A stretch of 64,000 nt of DNA. Origin: Sulfuritalea sp. Its GTDB lineage: Bacteria; Pseudomonadota; Gammaproteobacteria; Burkholderiales; Rhodocyclaceae. Positions 63,605 to 64,000 of the stretch are shown one piece after another. Both the position numbers and the translations under genes were made by a program. The DNA lies in NCBI GenBank assembly GCA_030651305.1, contig JAUSCI010000073.1, positions 5,155 through 69,154 of the forward strand, in the 5' to 3' direction. Below the pieces are notes generated by a model, which was not told the origin of the DNA, ran no database searches, and saw only the letters and a program-made list of their open reading frames with translations. The first letter of the stretch is position 1. Each line of letters begins with the position of its first letter.

Positions 63605-63801
63605 GGAGTATCTCTACAGACCCAAATGATTCGACCAAGGTAAGAATTCCCTTGAGGCAATGGCCGAACAACCGGCGTATCGCCAGCGCCGACTTTCAGC
63701 ATTGGATAGAACCGGGGTTGAATGCCTGCTGCTCATTCTTGGCAATGTGCACTTCGTGCCCTGAGCGGACGTAGACGGGTTTAAGAAGCGGCCGCTCAGG
63801 A

Positions 63802-63829
63802 AACGTTCAAGGCGATCGCCGAGTTAGGT
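63802..63829 (-). mobile_element. Possible centrally deleted attC remnant
   Basis: One base after the stop codon: ACCTAAC (RYYYAAC) TCGGCG ATCG | CC TTGAAC GTT; both attC ends are present and the L boxes and loop are missing. Confidence 0.35.
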
Positions 63830-63830
63830 T

Positions 63831-64000
63831 TCACTTTGCGCCATCATGGTCAATTTTGCGCAGAAGGACATGAATCGTCGATAGGTAGAAGTAAAACATC
63901 CAACTGAGCCAGAGACTGGCGTCATACGCTGTCTTCTGTTTATCGTTGTGATGTCGTACGCCGAAATTGTTAGCGATGTTGAACAGGTCTTTATCGTCGG
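63831..64000 (-). CDS. C-terminal 55 aa of an uncharacterised protein entering from the right edge (possible HEPN/Abi-like)
   Basis: Open frame DDKDLFNIANNFGVRHHNDKQKTAYDASLWLSWMFYFYLSTIHVLLRKIDHDGAK*; AT-rich codons; absent from the ORF track. Confidence 0.6.
   Translation of the reverse strand, partial: DDKDLFNIANNFGVRHHNDKQKTAYDASLWLSWMFYFYLSTIHVLLRKIDHDGAK

Overview
GC-rich betaproteobacterial chromosome segment; gene content and order suggest Rhodocyclales/Sterolibacteriaceae, by inference only. Most of it is conserved core: tRNA-Pro(UGG), dksA, the long minus-strand run PHP-yciO-S2P-trpS-scpAB-rluB-rimP-nusA-infB-rbfA-truB-rpsO-pnp, rmlBACD, parEC, alaA-hom-thrC, an arn (L-Ara4N-type) operon, bcp, PIN-PhoH, rpsF-priB-rpsR-rplI-dnaB, rlmJ and an etfBA/acyl-CoA dehydrogenase/ETF-QO cluster. 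Accessory parts are a reduced 2-aminobenzoyl-CoA monooxygenase (abmA-like) cluster, two toxin-antitoxin pairs inside the arn operon, a stand-alone CZB gene and a decaying TA-rich island at the right end. The most notable unexplained structures are five. (1) Three intergenic inverted-repeat elements have arms built from tandem 8-bp (CGCAAAG) or 9-bp (CACAGAG) units; two flank parE and one lies between phoH and dnaB. (2) Five DnaA-box-like 9-mers at an exact 11-bp period abut the predicted dnaB promoter. (3) A 101-bp MITE with 24-bp terminal inverted repeats and a target duplication splits a RelE-type toxin gene. (4) Two orphan attC-like remnants occur with no integrase in the window. (5) An unannotated 45-aa membrane protein and a 57-bp tandem repeat in scpB are present. 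No rRNA, CRISPR array, integrase or transposase was seen. All family assignments come from motif recognition by eye, not database searches.
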